This document shows, piece after piece, positions 35,757 through 47,096 of a stretch of 64,000 bases of DNA. Each line of letters opens with the position of its first letter. Position 1 is the stretch's first letter. Under the pieces are notes generated by a model that ran no database searches, was not told the origin of the DNA, and saw only the letters and a program-made list of their open reading frames with translations. The DNA comes from Bacilli bacterium (lineage in GTDB: Bacteria; Bacillota_I; Bacilli_A; RFN20; CAG-826). A program made the position numbers and the translations under genes. The stretch lies in contig JAFUHI010000009.1 in the NCBI GenBank assembly GCA_017468925.1, positions 201,874 to 265,873 of the forward strand. Reading direction: 5' to 3'.

Positions 35757-36320
35757 ATGAAAGTAGTGTTGTTTGGCGATTCAATCCGTCTAATTGGGTA
35801 TGGTCCATTAGTTTCTGATATTTTAAAAGATAAGGGATATGATGTGTATCAACCCGAAGACAATTGCCGTTTCTGCAAATACACATTAAGACTCATCTTT
35901 GAGTTAGACCAATATATTAGAGATGCGGATATAATTCATTTTAATGTTGGTTTATGGGATGTTTGTACAATCAATAAAGATGGCAAAGCATTCTCTTCTA
36001 TTGAGGAATATAAGGAAAATTTAAGGAGAATTGCCGAATTATTCCTTGATATAACCCCACATGTCATATTTGCAACGACAACGCCTGTTAGGAAAGAAAA
36101 TCCATATAACATGAACGAAGTAATAGACAAATATAATGAAGTCGCAGTGGAAATAATGAAAGAATTAGGAATCAAAATCAATGATTTGAATTCGTTATTC
36201 AAAAACGATATCGAGAAATACATTAGGGCGGATGATTTGATTCATTTGACTGAAGAAGGGGCGGAATTAGCCGCAAAACAAGTCGCGGATATAATTGAAG
36301 AAGAAGCCAATTCTATTTAA
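35757..36320 (+). CDS. SGNH/GDSL-family hydrolase (esterase)
   Basis: Block I 'VVLFGDSIR', and near the C-terminus 'DLIHLTEEG' (the DxxH block). Confidence 0.75.
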   Translation: MKVVLFGDSIRLIGYGPLVSDILKDKGYDVYQPEDNCRFCKYTLRLIFELDQYIRDADIIHFNVGLWDVCTINKDGKAFSSIEEYKENLRRIAELFLDITPHVIFATTTPVRKENPYNMNEVIDKYNEVAVEIMKELGIKINDLNSLFKNDIEKYIRADDLIHLTEEGAELAAKQVADIIEEEANSI

Positions 36321-37821
36321 ACCGTTTCTTTCCTAAAAGAATCAATAACGTTGCAATTCCTGCACAAATTAGGATATTTAAGCATGCGGCAACAACCGAA
36401 ACAATAGCAGGACCAATTAGACCGCTCGCGAATAATCCTCTGGCGATGAATATGGCAGTTGGAGGAGCTATGAAGGAAGCGATTCCGCCAAATAAACCGA
36501 CAATTACATTAAGAGCGATATTGATTGCGTAATATCCTCTGGCAGTAGGATTCTCGCTTTCGCAAATCCCGAAGAACAAATTCTGATTAAAGCTTGGGTT
36601 TGTTATTTTATATGTATAGCCAAAATCCGTTTTCTCAAATTCCATATTGGTGTTGACGACGTAAGCGTCACTAATTTCAACATTGATGGTCAACTCATTG
36701 AAGGATTTCCAGTATTTGGCGGGTGTTAAAGCGTACGAAACACCATAAACATATGGGTCATATCTTGTGATAACTTTTGTTTTCAAATCATATTCAACAC
36801 TCATAGAGAATCTATTGTTATTGCCGGGCAAATCTAAGTCATATAGATACATTGCAATAACATCAGATCCGCCTAATGTTATATTTGCAATATTTGCGTA
36901 ATGATTCTGCCAGTATGAGAACAATAAAATATCGCCTATTGAGTCAGCACTTATTCCGTTTAACATTGACAAGGAATTTAATATTGAATTAAACGTTGTT
37001 TCTTTTAGTTTTTCTAATACAAAAACACCGTTTTCATAGACGGTTCTATATACATTATTAATCCGTTCGTTCCAGCTATAAGTTACTTTATCAATTTCTA
37101 CTTCGCTTGTTGAATAGAAAGAAAACGACATGCTTGTGGTAGAGGGATCTACATATTTGGTGAATTTTTTCTCATCATGAAAGTAATTTGGGCATCCATT
37201 CTCACCGAAAATAAATACATCATCGGGAGCGGTGTCGATGAAGTTTAAAGCTATTTCGAGATCTGCATAAGTGAAATTGGCGCCGTTTTTGCCGCGATTT
37301 ACAGATATTTTGTATTCATATAGCGTTTTGTCGTTATCTATCCTGCTTGCTTGGCTTGCGTTATATTCATCAAGCATTTCATAAAAATCCAAATACTGAA
37401 ATTCGCCACGATCCAGGTAATAAGGATTGAGGATTATGGTTTCTGCTTTAACCTTCTCATCATTGTATTTGATTGTCGGAGCATTGGTATTGCTTAAAAC
37501 ATCATCTAGGGTGGAAACAAAAGGGAAACCGAAAGATGCAGTTCTTGCTTCGCCAACATCGACAAGTTTATAATCCGCTTTTATATTGACTGAATTTGTT
37601 TTAATAAAATCTTCATATTTGCCCACTTTGAAATCAATTGTTTCAGATTCAACTTCAATCATGCTGTCTTTTGCAGGCATTATGGATGTTGTCCCTCCAC
37701 CTGGGTAGATAACTTCGGCGGAGTTGGCGTTGCTTTCTTTTGGAGAAGTGGCGATAGCAAAAAAGGAAGCCATTAGTAGTGGTAGCGTAAATAAAGAGAT
37801 TATTGTCTTGCCTTTTCTCAT
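36313..37821 (-). CDS. Secreted protein with a C-terminal multi-TM anchor, function unknown
   Basis: Signal-like 'MRKGKTIISLFTLPLLMASFFAIA' and a hydrophobic C-terminal region of about 90 aa. Confidence 0.6.
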   Translation of the reverse strand: MRKGKTIISLFTLPLLMASFFAIATSPKESNANSAEVIYPGGGTTSIMPAKDSMIEVESETIDFKVGKYEDFIKTNSVNIKADYKLVDVGEARTASFGFPFVSTLDDVLSNTNAPTIKYNDEKVKAETIILNPYYLDRGEFQYLDFYEMLDEYNASQASRIDNDKTLYEYKISVNRGKNGANFTYADLEIALNFIDTAPDDVFIFGENGCPNYFHDEKKFTKYVDPSTTSMSFSFYSTSEVEIDKVTYSWNERINNVYRTVYENGVFVLEKLKETTFNSILNSLSMLNGISADSIGDILLFSYWQNHYANIANITLGGSDVIAMYLYDLDLPGNNNRFSMSVEYDLKTKVITRYDPYVYGVSYALTPAKYWKSFNELTINVEISDAYVVNTNMEFEKTDFGYTYKITNPSFNQNLFFGICESENPTARGYYAINIALNVIVGLFGGIASFIAPPTAIFIARGLFASGLIGPAIVSVVAACLNILICAGIATLLILLGKKRFK

Positions 37822-38057
37822 ATTAATGACATCAAGTAGAATAGCAAAACCATTGTCCAAACTCCTGTTATAACAAAGGAAAGGACAAGTCCTGCTCTAC
37901 TGAGTTTGCTCCTACATTTCGCCCCTCTGGATAAAAAGCCTAAAACAATTCCTGCTGGGGCAAGAAATTCAGTCAAAGCAAAAAAGAAACAAAGAACAGC
38001 AAACGTATCTTTCTTGCTCCACGTGGCTTTTTCTTCCATAAACTTATTTTCGCACAT
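37818..38057 (-). CDS. Small membrane protein (2 TM)
   Basis: 79-aa ORF with two hydrophobic helices. Its stop overlaps the start of the downstream gene. Confidence 0.45.
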   Translation of the reverse strand: MCENKFMEEKATWSKKDTFAVLCFFFALTEFLAPAGIVLGFLSRGAKCRSKLSRAGLVLSFVITGVWTMVLLFYLMSLI

Positions 38058-38073
38058 AATGTATCATTTATGT

Positions 38074-39144
38074 ATGACAAAAACGAAAAAGCGAATAGTG
38101 ATCATATCTTCATCGATACTGGGCGGACTCGTTTCTTTATATGTTTTTGGTGGAATCGCTGCAGCGTTTATTGTTTCAAAAAGTTTGTTGTCAAAAAGAC
38201 AAAGCCTTGCTTCTGATCTTGATGAAATAAGACTTACTAAAACTCAGAAAAACTACCCATTATTACAAGATAGGGAATTAGTGAGATTTGCTTCAGATGG
38301 CGATGAATTGCAGGGATATTTATATAAAAACGATAATCCGAAGGGGCTTGTTGTTGCTGCACATGGCATCACATCGCAGGCTGATGATTCCCACGCTTCA
38401 TATCAAAATTTCTTCTTAGAAAATGGTTACAGCGTTTTTAGTTTTGATATGGTTGCATCAGGGAGAAGCAGCGGGGAAGATGCGAAAGGATTGCATCAAA
38501 GTGCTTTAAATGTTAGAGATTGTCTATCATACATTCATAGCAATGACGAAATAAAAGATTTGCCAATATTTATGATTGGCCATAGCTGGGGTGGATATGG
38601 GGTAAGCGCCGCCCTAAATTTCGACCAAACACCGAAAGCAGTGGTTTCTTTCTCTGGGTATGATATGCCCAAAGAAGAAATATTTGAGTTTGCAAAGTCA
38701 TACGCCGGAAATATAGCGTACGCTGGCAAATGGCAAATTGATTTTGCGCAGGAGTGCTTGAGTAAATACTCATCCACGCGCGCGGTCACTGGAATAAATA
38801 AAGCAACTGAAACTAGATTTTTATCTGTTCAAGGATCGGATGATCCCACAGTTCCTTATGAAGCATCCATTTATTCAAAGTTTGATGAAATTACAAATGA
38901 TCATGCTCAAAGAATATTCTTGGAAGGTTATGCTCATAAATACGTTTGGTATTCAAAAGATTCTTATGAATACATAACAAACGAATTGGAACCGGCCTAC
39001 GATAGATTGAAAGAACAATACTCAGGAAATATTCCTGATGACATCAAAAAAGAGTTTATAGAAAACATAAATTATGAAAAATCCAGTCAACTTAATTTAG
39101 ACTTATTTAATTCAATCTTGTCTATGTTTGAAGAAAGCATATAA
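38074..39144 (+). CDS. Membrane-anchored alpha/beta hydrolase
   Basis: N-terminal TM helix and the nucleophile elbow 'GHSWGG'. The start is taken at 'MTKTKKRIV'. Confidence 0.7.
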   Translation: MTKTKKRIVIISSSILGGLVSLYVFGGIAAAFIVSKSLLSKRQSLASDLDEIRLTKTQKNYPLLQDRELVRFASDGDELQGYLYKNDNPKGLVVAAHGITSQADDSHASYQNFFLENGYSVFSFDMVASGRSSGEDAKGLHQSALNVRDCLSYIHSNDEIKDLPIFMIGHSWGGYGVSAALNFDQTPKAVVSFSGYDMPKEEIFEFAKSYAGNIAYAGKWQIDFAQECLSKYSSTRAVTGINKATETRFLSVQGSDDPTVPYEASIYSKFDEITNDHAQRIFLEGYAHKYVWYSKDSYEYITNELEPAYDRLKEQYSGNIPDDIKKEFIENINYEKSSQLNLDLFNSILSMFEESI

Positions 39145-39177
39145 AAACCGCCTCATGGATTTATCCACGAAGCGGTT
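39141..39177 (-). terminator. Intrinsic terminator of eno
   Basis: A long imperfect hairpin (AACCGC...GCGGTT). On the minus strand it is followed by TTTTTAT. Confidence 0.6.
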
Positions 39178-39190
39178 ATAACAATCTAAT

Positions 39191-40507
<1,317 letters not shown>

Positions 40508-40638
40508 TTAAGTTACAAACATGCTTACAATGTAAGCAATAGGATTATAAGACATTATTATCATTAAAGATAGAAAAAAAGACTTTTGATTATTCAAATC
40601 TATTTAATGAGCACTTGTTGGGTTAAAATACTATTTGC

Positions 40639-41574
40639 ATGGGCAAGAGACTAGTCTACATAGGTTATTTTCTTAAGAACGCTCCTTCATCTCTTTTTGA
40701 AAGGCTTTTTCATAAACCAAAGCAAATAAAAAGATTTAGAGGCACAAAAAGCATCACGACAAAAAGCAGTGGTGAAGTTTTGGCTGAGATGATAAACAAA
40801 GGAGAGCCATTTGCGGCGATTAGGTTTGGCGCGACTGAAATTGGTTGTTTAAACAATCATGAGAAGATATCTTTAGGCTTCAGGAAAACATACAAAGACA
40901 AAGTCAGATGGGCAATGAAAGTCAGGGGAGGATATTATCCAACCACTGATGAATATTTAAACAAATATGCCGAAATCTTTGCAGAATTGGCGCCAAATAT
41001 AGACATACTTGCTATATCTGGCATCCATATGGAAGATTATTTTGCCAAAAGATATTGCCCCAACGCGACAATAATATCCAATTGGGGAATGGAACCTTTG
41101 TTAGGCAAATGGACCTATGCCCTAAAAGGAAAGAAGGTGTTGGTGATCACCCCATTTGTGGATGAAGTCAAATCACAATATGAGAAAAGGGGGCATCTCT
41201 TTCCTAAAAATGATATTCTCCCAGATTTTGATTTGAAATTGATCAAAGCGCCAGTGACGTTAGGGAACGATAAAGAATTTGAAGTTGAAAGTTCGATCGA
41301 ATACATAAGACTTTTGGAAGAAGAAATCAAAAATACAGATTTTGACATCGCCTTGATAGGGGCTGGTGCCTATGGAAGCATACTAACAATGTATTGCAGA
41401 AGCATTGGCAAAATGGCCATTCAAAGCGGTGGCGCGACCCAAACATTATTTGGAATAATGGGCAAAAGGTGGGAAAATAGGCAACATGTAGCCAAATATG
41501 TAAATGAATATTGGGTTAGACCGAATTCTAAGCCCGATGGATTTGAGCAAGTGGATAATGGAGCGTACTGGTGA
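40639..41574 (+). CDS. Possible GT-D-fold glycosyltransferase (DUF1792-like); weak assignment
   Basis: 'PFAAIRFGATEIGCL' resembles the DUF1792 'RFGDGE' N-terminal block. The gene sits in a glycan-locus context. Confidence 0.4.
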   Translation: MGKRLVYIGYFLKNAPSSLFERLFHKPKQIKRFRGTKSITTKSSGEVLAEMINKGEPFAAIRFGATEIGCLNNHEKISLGFRKTYKDKVRWAMKVRGGYYPTTDEYLNKYAEIFAELAPNIDILAISGIHMEDYFAKRYCPNATIISNWGMEPLLGKWTYALKGKKVLVITPFVDEVKSQYEKRGHLFPKNDILPDFDLKLIKAPVTLGNDKEFEVESSIEYIRLLEEEIKNTDFDIALIGAGAYGSILTMYCRSIGKMAIQSGGATQTLFGIMGKRWENRQHVAKYVNEYWVRPNSKPDGFEQVDNGAYW

Positions 41575-41575
41575 T

Positions 41576-42976
41576 ATGGAAGAAAACAAACCTGCAAAGA
41601 AACTAGATTTTATAAGCTATGCGATTTTGCTTTTTATTGGCCTTCTATCTTTTTCCTTTGGTGGTGGCACGATCGCAACAATTTTTGCGTCTGTGGGATT
41701 TGTGATTGCCATCGTCCTTTTGATGGTTGTGGGTGAGAAACTCAAGAAAAACGAGAAACTTTCCTTTGTTGCGGATTCCTTGCCTCTTTTGGTTTTCATG
41801 ATTTTGATTTCATTTAATAGGTTCTGGCTATCATCGTCTTCGGGTTTTTTCTCCTCGCTGTTGCTGTTTTTGGGCCTCTTAGGTGCATACCTTTTAGGGT
41901 TCTTTCTAAGAAAATACGAATCGATTACACCAAAAATCATTTTGACCGTTGTTGTAATTTTATCGGGCTTATATGTTCTCATTAATCTCATAATTAATAT
42001 GGTTGATTATGGGTTCTTTTATGCGGCTTTATATAATGGCAAAATTTATTATCTCGATGGCAATCATTATCTAGTTTCCGGAGAGATGAAATCGCTAATT
42101 GGCTTTGATGTTAAAAGAACAACGCTGCCTTATTCGTCGACATTGGCCTTTATGCTTGCGTCGATTTTGCCTTCTATTCTATTTATGAACTTTTCTTCCT
42201 TCAAAGAGGTGGGAGAAGGTAATTTTATTAAACGAAATCTCAATAGAATATATCTAATATCAGTGATTTCTGCAGGGATAATAGGGTTATTCAGTCTTGT
42301 TTTTATTCCATATACTAGAGCGTTGATATTGTTGGCGGTGGTATTTGTCTTCGCGTTAGTGATGCGCTTTGTGCCATACAAAAAAGAAGCGTCTCTATGG
42401 GTAAAGATAGTTGGCATAGCGATTTTGATTATTGCTTTGGCCTATATTATTCTTCTTACCTATGCAGGCGTAAAAGGGAACGTAGATAACATATTGGTTA
42501 CCAATGGTTTGGTTTCTGATAACCTTCCGGTATTTAAAGCGATATTTGAAAACGATAAAGGTATAATCGCCACCTTGTTTGGCACGAATCTAAATGATTA
42601 TTTCGATAAACTAAATAGCACCTCAGTCAGCAATATAAGAACGAATTCGTTTGAATTTGAAGCCTTGCTAGAGGGTGGACTTATTTGCTTTGTCGCGTTG
42701 ATAGCCGCTATTGTTTTCTCCGTGATTTCTTTAAGAAAATATCTCCACAAAGAAGATAAGATCACGAACGAAAGAATGGTCTTCGCCTTGATGATTCTTG
42801 GCTGGTTTATTTATAAATCACTGCTGGTCGATACGGTTCCGTTTGTCGGATCGAATATTTATATGACTCCATTTAGTCAGGATTCGACAATCATAATCGT
42901 CTTGATGTTGCTCGGATATACTCACGAAAACATCTTTTCTATAAAAACGGAGGGCGAAAAACATGAAGAAAAATAA
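41576..42976 (+). CDS. Polytopic membrane protein, possibly a Wzy/O-antigen-ligase-like glycan polymerase
   Basis: More than 10 predicted TM helices. The start is the ATG at 41576, 1 nt after the upstream stop. Confidence 0.5.
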   Translation: MEENKPAKKLDFISYAILLFIGLLSFSFGGGTIATIFASVGFVIAIVLLMVVGEKLKKNEKLSFVADSLPLLVFMILISFNRFWLSSSSGFFSSLLLFLGLLGAYLLGFFLRKYESITPKIILTVVVILSGLYVLINLIINMVDYGFFYAALYNGKIYYLDGNHYLVSGEMKSLIGFDVKRTTLPYSSTLAFMLASILPSILFMNFSSFKEVGEGNFIKRNLNRIYLISVISAGIIGLFSLVFIPYTRALILLAVVFVFALVMRFVPYKKEASLWVKIVGIAILIIALAYIILLTYAGVKGNVDNILVTNGLVSDNLPVFKAIFENDKGIIATLFGTNLNDYFDKLNSTSVSNIRTNSFEFEALLEGGLICFVALIAAIVFSVISLRKYLHKEDKITNERMVFALMILGWFIYKSLLVDTVPFVGSNIYMTPFSQDSTIIIVLMLLGYTHENIFSIKTEGEKHEEK

Positions 42977-43859
42977 GTCAACAATTATTATCGCCGCCCT
43001 ATCTCTGGTATTGTTAAGCGGCTGCAAAGAAACAAGCGAGCTCTATAACGCTTACGAATATATGACTCCTTATTTTGAGCGGAATTATTACAAGAATGAT
43101 GTTTTTAGTGACGCAACGATAAAGGAAGCATTCGAACTTTCCTCCGATAAATACTTCAACGGTGACTTTGTCACAGATTTCAAAGTGAACTCAAGCATTA
43201 CTAGAGTTGGTGCGAAAACCAAATACCCCGAGATGTTCCAATATAAAAACGGAGAAACAACATCAACGTTAGATGGTTTCGGCTATACGATGAATCATGC
43301 TAACGAAGATGAGAAATACATAGGAAATGATTTTGGAAGAACCAAATGCATGGATAAACAAGATAGTTCTTTCCAAAGAGGTATCTTGAGCAAATTGTAT
43401 GATGGGCAAATGTTCTGCTATAACTACCATAGCGCTGCTTTAGTGGAAACATCCGCGTCTGGCTTTGGCCACAGATTCTCTAAGAAATTAATTGAAGGTG
43501 AATATTTCTTGCTCTCCATGAGAGGTGGTTCCACTAGGGGCGAAGGCAGAATTACATCCATTGATTTGAGTGTGACCTTCTATAAAGAAACATCAAATGG
43601 CTTTGAAGGAACGAAAGTTACGCTGAATGAAGTTTATGAAAGAACCGACAGTGGCGGAGAAAGCTGTTCCTTTGTCGGTTTTAAGTTCTCCGATGCTTTG
43701 CCAAATTTCGATATCAAAGATATATGTGGCTATAGAATAGGCTTCACCAACCTTCACGATGGAACAAATAATGATTCCGTTGAGCCTGAAAATGAGTCCG
43801 AGCATTATTGGGGACTGCTCATTTATGAACTGATGTTCGTTAATGCTTCTTGGCGTTAA
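42963..43859 (+). CDS. Lipoprotein, function unknown
   Basis: Lipobox 'LVLLSGC|KETS'. Confidence 0.7.
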   Translation: MKKNKSTIIIAALSLVLLSGCKETSELYNAYEYMTPYFERNYYKNDVFSDATIKEAFELSSDKYFNGDFVTDFKVNSSITRVGAKTKYPEMFQYKNGETTSTLDGFGYTMNHANEDEKYIGNDFGRTKCMDKQDSSFQRGILSKLYDGQMFCYNYHSAALVETSASGFGHRFSKKLIEGEYFLLSMRGGSTRGEGRITSIDLSVTFYKETSNGFEGTKVTLNEVYERTDSGGESCSFVGFKFSDALPNFDIKDICGYRIGFTNLHDGTNNDSVEPENESEHYWGLLIYELMFVNASWR

Positions 43860-44760
43860 TGTATTTGCGTATATCTAGCCATTCGCCTTGAATGAAGTCG
43901 GCTTTGTCGTCGTCGAATATTAATGTGCCTTTCGCTGGAGTGAACGTCATTTCACTGAAATATATCTTTCCACCAACATCATATAGATCCACTCTAACGA
44001 AAGGAAATGGCTTCGCTAAATCCTCCGCAATTTTAACCATTTCATCAAAATTTGAAGGTTTTACAGGGATTTCATCACTTTTATTCCATCCATTGAACTG
44101 TGATTCATCGAATGGAGTCCAATCGATATAAAGCTGGTCATAACGGATATCTTTCCCTCTGCCAGTCACCGTGTATAGGTTTCTCGCAATCCCATTAAAT
44201 AAATGTATCTTGTATTCGATCGGAAGAGAATCATCGCTGCCGATATACTCTTCAATGATAATCTGTGGCTTAATTGGAGAATAATGCCTCTCAACGGTTT
44301 TCTTCCCATAATCAGTCCTGAGCCATCTGTCGAAATTCTTTTTTGCCGCTTTTAAATCTAACTCATTTTTGTTTTTCACAATTAAATTGAATCCTGAAGC
44401 GTGAGAGCATTTCATCACGAATCTATTCGGAAGAGAAGAAAAATCAATATCATCAAAATGATCGTAAACACCAAGGCATTTTATTAGACAGCCTTCATAT
44501 CCTTTTTCTTTTACATAATCTCTCACACCGACTCTTCCGGCACATCTAATCACATCTTTATCCTTTGGATAAACAAATAATCTAAGATATTGTAGTTTTT
44601 CCGTATATCTGACTGGGTTTTTCAGATTCAGTTTATGATGGGTTATGTATTTATATTGGGCTTTTACGTAACCGATTGGAGAAAAGAATTTGACAAAAGG
44701 CCTAACGATAGATGCCACAAATCTTTTGGCTTTATTTTCCTTCAATCTTGGCTGCAACAT
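43840..44760 (-). CDS. ATP-grasp fold amidoligase, TupA-like
   Basis: 'FVMKCSHASGFNLIV', 'PFPFVRVDLYDVGGKIYFSEMTFTPAKG' and 'YKIHLFNG' match the TupA-like ATP-grasp family as I recall it. Confidence 0.75.
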   Translation of the reverse strand: MLQPRLKENKAKRFVASIVRPFVKFFSPIGYVKAQYKYITHHKLNLKNPVRYTEKLQYLRLFVYPKDKDVIRCAGRVGVRDYVKEKGYEGCLIKCLGVYDHFDDIDFSSLPNRFVMKCSHASGFNLIVKNKNELDLKAAKKNFDRWLRTDYGKKTVERHYSPIKPQIIIEEYIGSDDSLPIEYKIHLFNGIARNLYTVTGRGKDIRYDQLYIDWTPFDESQFNGWNKSDEIPVKPSNFDEMVKIAEDLAKPFPFVRVDLYDVGGKIYFSEMTFTPAKGTLIFDDDKADFIQGEWLDIRKYINAKKH

Positions 44761-44817
44761 AAAAATAATTATACAAGAATGAATGCAAAATGATTATTTT
44801 GTGTAATAATCTTTCAC

Positions 44818-46008
44818 ATGAAGATTTTGGTTGTGTGCCAATATTATTATCCAGAGAGTTTTTCCATAACTTCCATTTGCGAATCTCTTGTTAAACGAGG
44901 ACATCAAGTTGATGTTGTCACGGGGCAACCGAATTATGGCATGCCCGGAATTAAGCCTGGTTATGAGAAAGTAAGGTATGAAGAGATTAATGGCGTTCAT
45001 GTCAACAGGGTGAAAATAAAACCACGGAAATCTGGGATGATGAACCTTTTCAAAAACTATATTTCGTTTTGGAGGAAGTCGAAAAGATTCGTAGGCCGCA
45101 TTAAAGACAAATATGATGTTGTTTATTCTATGTCGCTTAGCCCTGTCATTTCTATTGTGGCCGCGAACAAATACGCAAAAAAACATAAAATCAACCACGT
45201 GTCACACATACTGGATATTTGGCCGGAAAGCCCTGTTGCAGTGCATGCTATCAAAAGGGGTTCTATTTTGTATAAATTCCTCTTTAATTGGTCGAGGGCA
45301 ATATATAGAAACGCTGATAAATTATTGGTCTCATCACCATCTTTCATCAAATATTTCGACAAAGTTCTGGGATTAAAAGACAAAGATATTAAATTTGTTG
45401 CCCAACCCGCTATTTCAAAAATTTCCTCTGGGGAGAAGTCCTTTGAAAAAAGAGTCAATATCACATATGCTGGTAACATCGGAACCATTCAAAGATTGGA
45501 CGAGTTTGTGAAAGCCATCTTTTTGCTAAGAGATAGAACCGATTTCCAAATGCATATTTTTGGCGCTGGTTCGCAGGGAAAAATAGTTTCCAAAATGATA
45601 GAAGAAAGAAACTTAGGGGACACAATAAAAATGCATGGTTTTATTAGTCCAGAGGAACTTTCTGGATATTATAACAAGAGTACCGCCATCATCGTTCCTT
45701 TAGAAAACGACGGTTCGTGGGTATCATCAACCATTCCTAATAAACTTGTTACTGCTATGAGTTACGGCAAACCTATTTTGGCATCGATTTCTGGAGACGG
45801 TGAAAAGATACTCAAAGAAACCGGGGGTGCTTTCTTTTCTTCTTTAAATGAGCAATCTCTCTGCGCGACGATTGAAAAAATAATCAACACCGATGAAGAG
45901 ACGCTAAAGCAAATGGGTTTAAATAATAAAAAATATTACGATGAACATTTCGATTATGAAAATGTCATTTCTCAAATTGAAGCTGAATTGAGTTCACCCA
46001 AGAACTGA
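44818..46008 (+). CDS. Glycosyltransferase family 4 (WcaI-like)
   Basis: 'MKILVVCQYYYPESFSIT' N-terminus and a GT-B C-terminal region. Confidence 0.8.
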   Translation: MKILVVCQYYYPESFSITSICESLVKRGHQVDVVTGQPNYGMPGIKPGYEKVRYEEINGVHVNRVKIKPRKSGMMNLFKNYISFWRKSKRFVGRIKDKYDVVYSMSLSPVISIVAANKYAKKHKINHVSHILDIWPESPVAVHAIKRGSILYKFLFNWSRAIYRNADKLLVSSPSFIKYFDKVLGLKDKDIKFVAQPAISKISSGEKSFEKRVNITYAGNIGTIQRLDEFVKAIFLLRDRTDFQMHIFGAGSQGKIVSKMIEERNLGDTIKMHGFISPEELSGYYNKSTAIIVPLENDGSWVSSTIPNKLVTAMSYGKPILASISGDGEKILKETGGAFFSSLNEQSLCATIEKIINTDEETLKQMGLNNKKYYDEHFDYENVISQIEAELSSPKN

Positions 46009-47096
46009 TTGATTTTAGATTTTGTTTTTTCTATTCCAAATAAGTCTTGGATTTTTTCTTTTGCATTGTTCCCTTTCAACCCATAGACATTCCCATTCTC
46101 GTCTATGTGATTGGAGAAGAAGCTCTTCCATGATTCAACGGAAGTGTCTTCGATCCAATTAATGTCATCATCAAAGTGTTTTTTGATTATGGAATTGGGG
46201 GTTGACACAACGACTTCACCCAAAGAGATATATTCAAGCAATTTTGAAGGAACGGATTCTTTGTCGAGAGTTTCATCAAAGAATCTTGGGTTTATTAACA
46301 GGGATGATCCAGCCTCCAACGCATAGTTTTCTTTTTTGTCTACTTGCCCTAAATACTTAAGATTTGCAAAGTTTTTTGCAATTTCCTGTATGTCATTTTC
46401 TAAAGGGCCATGCCCCGCAATTCGTAATTCAATCGGTCTAGATGATTCCAAAAATCCTTTTATCATATTCGCGACGCCGTATCTTTCGTATAAGGCGCCG
46501 CCAAAATAGATGTATTTCTCTTGTTTTGATTCTACTGGTGAATCAACTATTCCTGGGATAATAAGATTTTGCTTTTCTTTTAAATTGAATGCATCAACGA
46601 GTCCATCGGTTAAGGCAATAGACGCATTTGAATAAGAGACATATTCGTAAACCTTTTCAACGAAATTGCCATCGACCTCGGATAGGTTCGCAGGATTATC
46701 CGTAATTACCGCGACAGTTTTTGAGCCCCAAATATCTTGCAGTTTTTTTGCCGCTCTTCCTAGAGGAATAGAAAGAGAATCAAAGACAATGAATTCAGGT
46801 TTCTCTTTGTCTTTGTATATCTTTCTGGCCTCGTTTATCAATTCTTTGTGCCTAGGAAATAGAAGCATCTCCCATTTGGAACCATAGTTGATGTAGTGGT
46901 AACATCCAGAATTTATGAATTTGGTTTTCGATATGACTGGCAATAAAGAAATGACTTGCAGGTCATTATCTTCAAAGCATTTGATTAATTTTGAATGAAA
47001 ATTTTGATTTGAGGGGTTTGGTTTTTTGGTTGTCAATTTGAGCAATGCAGAATAGTCTTCTTCCTTTAAAGAAGTTGTCAAATAAAGCACCCTCAT
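45972..47096 (-). CDS. Glycosyltransferase (GT-B fold)
   Basis: 374-aa ORF with GT1/GT4-like C-terminal 'E..LE' features. It is coupled to the upstream GT by a 4-nt overlap. Confidence 0.6.
   Translation of the reverse strand: MRVLYLTTSLKEEDYSALLKLTTKKPNPSNQNFHSKLIKCFEDNDLQVISLLPVISKTKFINSGCYHYINYGSKWEMLLFPRHKELINEARKIYKDKEKPEFIVFDSLSIPLGRAAKKLQDIWGSKTVAVITDNPANLSEVDGNFVEKVYEYVSYSNASIALTDGLVDAFNLKEKQNLIIPGIVDSPVESKQEKYIYFGGALYERYGVANMIKGFLESSRPIELRIAGHGPLENDIQEIAKNFANLKYLGQVDKKENYALEAGSSLLINPRFFDETLDKESVPSKLLEYISLGEVVVSTPNSIIKKHFDDDINWIEDTSVESWKSFFSNHIDENGNVYGLKGNNAKEKIQDLFGIEKTKSKINQFLGELNSASI

Noticed and set aside
40523-40537. cre (CcpA) site upstream of eno
   Set aside because: The half-sites are present but in everted order (GCTTACA-N-TGTAAGC rather than TGTAAGC-GCTTACA), so it does not fit the cre consensus. 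It is kept only as a generic palindrome.
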